From a virus (lineage: Duplodnaviria > Caudoviricetes): DNA of 27,160 nt. Below the pieces are notes generated by a model. That model searched no databases. It was not told where the DNA came from and saw only the letters and a program-made list of their open reading frames with translations. Below are positions 25,449-27,160 of the stretch, piece after piece. The translations under genes were made by a program, and so were the position numbers. Each line of letters starts with the position of its first letter. Within the stretch, counting starts at the first letter, position 1. Location of the stretch: the IMG/VR virus record IMGVR_UViG_3300036821_000011, positions 1-27,160 of that record. One strand, written 5' to 3'.

Positions 25449-26341
25449 TAGGGCTGCACCAGCTTAGTCCAGGTGGTCTTACCAACGATCCCGTCTTGGG
25501 TGATCTTCTCGGCACCCTGGAATGCCTTCACCTTACTCGTGGTTCCAGGGCCAAAGATGCCGTCGATCGTCAATGGGAAGTTGCGGGCGCAGAGCAGACC
25601 CTGCAGCGTATGGATATCCCAGTGCCCCGAGCTATCCGACTCGCCTTCATGCAGCGTTGGCAGGGTCACCGTAATGGTAACCTCGCCCGGAGGCGGAGGA
25701 GGTGGCGGGGGAGGCGGAGTAGAGCCCTTGATATTCCAGAGCTTGACGGTTTTCAGAACCAGGCTGAGATCGAAGTTGCCAGAGAACAGGTACTGAGTCG
25801 CTACCGTGTCACCCTCGGTGACCATATGTGGCTGACCGGTCGGGTCTGCGACGAACGTGCCCCCGCTGGTTTTCGGGTTGCCGAAGATGAACCCCCTGGA
25901 GCCGTACTTCATCACCGGGTACCCGGCATCGGTCAGGCCGATGTTGAAGGCGTTCACGTACGCGGTATCGACAGCAGTCTCCAGGTCAAGACAGACCGTG
26001 CTGCCCTTCGGGGCCCCGACAGCCTTCAGCCAGTTCAGGAATCCGCCGATGTCGCCAGCCACGTTCACCTGAGTCGGGTTACTACGTACCCAGGTAGGCA
26101 GCCGGTAGGTAGCAGACTGCGCATCCGTCTCTGTCTTCGACCAGGCATGCGGCGTATCGCCGCCAGAGTAAACAAGGCAGATATCCGCATCATGCTCCTG
26201 CGGCGGGAATGCCTCGTCCACCATCAGGTAGTCACCGGTCGAATCCATCCCCCGGCCGGCCAGGCTGGTTTCCGCCCCGAGCGAGTGCCTAGGAAGGTTC
26301 CTGAACCATTCCATGACCTCTTGTTCTAGCGTAAGTGACAT
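25448..26341 (-). CDS. Endolysin: GH25/DUF1906-like glycoside hydrolase, poly-Pro linker, peptidoglycan-binding domain
   Basis: YSGG, VCLDLET, KYGS and ATQY motifs, then a 10-Pro linker, then TLQGLL...IDGIFGPGT...VKAFQ...DGIVGKTTW (PG_binding_1 pattern). Start placed at the TGATG overlap (26341). Confidence 0.88.
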   Translation of the reverse strand: MSLTLEQEVMEWFRNLPRHSLGAETSLAGRGMDSTGDYLMVDEAFPPQEHDADICLVYSGGDTPHAWSKTETDAQSATYRLPTWVRSNPTQVNVAGDIGGFLNWLKAVGAPKGSTVCLDLETAVDTAYVNAFNIGLTDAGYPVMKYGSRGFIFGNPKTSGGTFVADPTGQPHMVTEGDTVATQYLFSGNFDLSLVLKTVKLWNIKGSTPPPPPPPPPPGEVTITVTLPTLHEGESDSSGHWDIHTLQGLLCARNFPLTIDGIFGPGTTSKVKAFQGAEKITQDGIVGKTTWTKLVQP

Positions 26342-26619
26342 CAGTCGCTCACCTTCCACTCAAAGAGCAGGAATGTGATACCAGTCACAAACAGCCCGGC
26401 AAACAGCGAATGTACGAATGCCGCCGCGTCTATGAACCCGAGGCCCATGATCGAGTAGGCGTGCTGCCTGACGTGATCGACTGCTGGCTTAGCAGTCGCC
26501 TTGCCGATTGTGATGGCGGACCGCGCGATCCCGCTCGCCGCTGCAGCCGCGCGGGTCCGCCATCGGCTAATCGCCCCCGGAGGCCGGGGAGATGGATAAG
26601 TCAGCGTTGAACTGCTCAT
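26341..26619 (-). CDS. Small two-TM membrane protein (holin candidate or pre-portal membrane protein)
   Basis: Basic N-terminus and two C-terminal hydrophobic segments. Coupled to both neighbours. Confidence 0.65.
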   Translation of the reverse strand: MSSSTLTYPSPRPPGAISRWRTRAAAAASGIARSAITIGKATAKPAVDHVRQHAYSIMGLGFIDAAAFVHSLFAGLFVTGITFLLFEWKVSD

Positions 26620-27160
26620 GCGGTCGCCACCCTAGGCGGAACCATGTGGATATACGTCACGTCGCCCTCCTCGCTCAGTAGACGTCCCCAGGTATCCCAG
26701 GTCATGTAGAACCGGCCGCCAACACCCCATTGCGGGCCCCACGAATTCCAGCATCCCACTAGCTGCGAATCCACGATTACCTGGTCCACGAGCACTTCAT
26801 GGCCGCCAGCCACCTGGCTGCCGGGGCTGACCGCCACGAGCCCGCTGCTGTCGGGCGTGTACATCGAGTCGTACCATGGAATGCCGGTAATGCCCGGCCT
26901 AAGCGCCAGGGCCCGTAGCGCGTCCTGAAGGCTGAAGGTGTGGTCGTAGCTGTAGATCCAGCCCAGCTGCTTCGCTGCCTGGCAGACGGTCAGGCCGCTG
27001 CCGCCGAAGTCATTCACGGTCGGGTTCTCTGGCGACCAGGGAAAGCCCTCAATCTCCGTCTCGCGCTCATAGAGCACGTCGGAGTCGGCGTCGGTGTAGC
27101 GGTGCTTCGACTGAGCCGGGCGGCTATTCATCCGGCCACACGCCGCCTCGCAGGTACACT
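26616..27160 (-). CDS. Papain-like (C1 family) cysteine peptidase, N-terminus beyond the window
   Basis: The frame is open to the edge: CTCEAACGRMNSRP (candidate catalytic Cys at 27156-27158), then GGHEVLV (His) and WNSWGPQWGVGGRFYM (Asn). Confidence 0.88.
   Translation of the reverse strand, partial: CTCEAACGRMNSRPAQSKHRYTDADSDVLYERETEIEGFPWSPENPTVNDFGGSGLTVCQAAKQLGWIYSYDHTFSLQDALRALALRPGITGIPWYDSMYTPDSSGLVAVSPGSQVAGGHEVLVDQVIVDSQLVGCWNSWGPQWGVGGRFYMTWDTWGRLLSEEGDVTYIHMVPPRVATA

Larger units (their letters stand above)
1..27160 (-). mobile_element. Phage/prophage lysis, head and tail module (siphovirus-like, HK97 fold)
   Basis: Contiguous minus-strand genes, many with overlapping or abutting stop/start codons, in the canonical order portal-protease-capsid-adaptor-tail tube-chaperone-tape measure-tail. 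No sheath gene is recognisable. No terminase, integrase or att site is in the window, so free phage versus prophage cannot be decided. Confidence 0.97.

Noticed and set aside
26342-26359. ORF-track start of the lysin at 26359 (and similar extensions at 12143, 11490, 18167)
   Set aside because: Downstream starts with stop/start overlap or a better SD are more plausible.
1-27160. tRNA, rRNA, integrase, att sites, stop-codon reassignment
   Set aside because: None seen. Intergenic gaps are under 100 nt, and genes read through intact with the standard code, using TAA, TAG and TGA as stops.

Overview
The whole window is one tightly coupled minus-strand late operon of a tailed, siphovirus-like HK97-fold phage or prophage. 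The GC-rich sequence and gene families suggest an Actinomycetota host (inference). In transcription order (high to low coordinates) it encodes: papain-like C1 peptidase (start beyond the window), 2-TM protein, glycoside hydrolase/PG-binding endolysin, single-HKD phospholipase D-family protein, portal, ClpP-type prohead protease, major capsid protein, about ten small accessory head-region genes, a 1208-aa protein with a huge cationic repeat region, head-tail adaptor and neck genes, two tail-tube-like genes, tail chaperone with a -1 frameshift, tape measure with a lytic transglycosylase, and a >1187-aa tail protein running off the left edge. Three genes are missing from the supplied ORF track: the tail protein (1-3561), a 47-aa ORF (24761-24904), and an 87-aa Cys-motif gene (17450-17713) that is overprinted on another ORF and appears to start at AUC. 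The most unusual features are the ~680-aa nearly acid-free Arg/Trp/Pro repeat region, the nested glycosidase-containing tail protein, the hidden AUC-start gene, and the peptidase/lysin/PLD block upstream of the portal. All product calls come from motif recognition by eye; no database searches were run.
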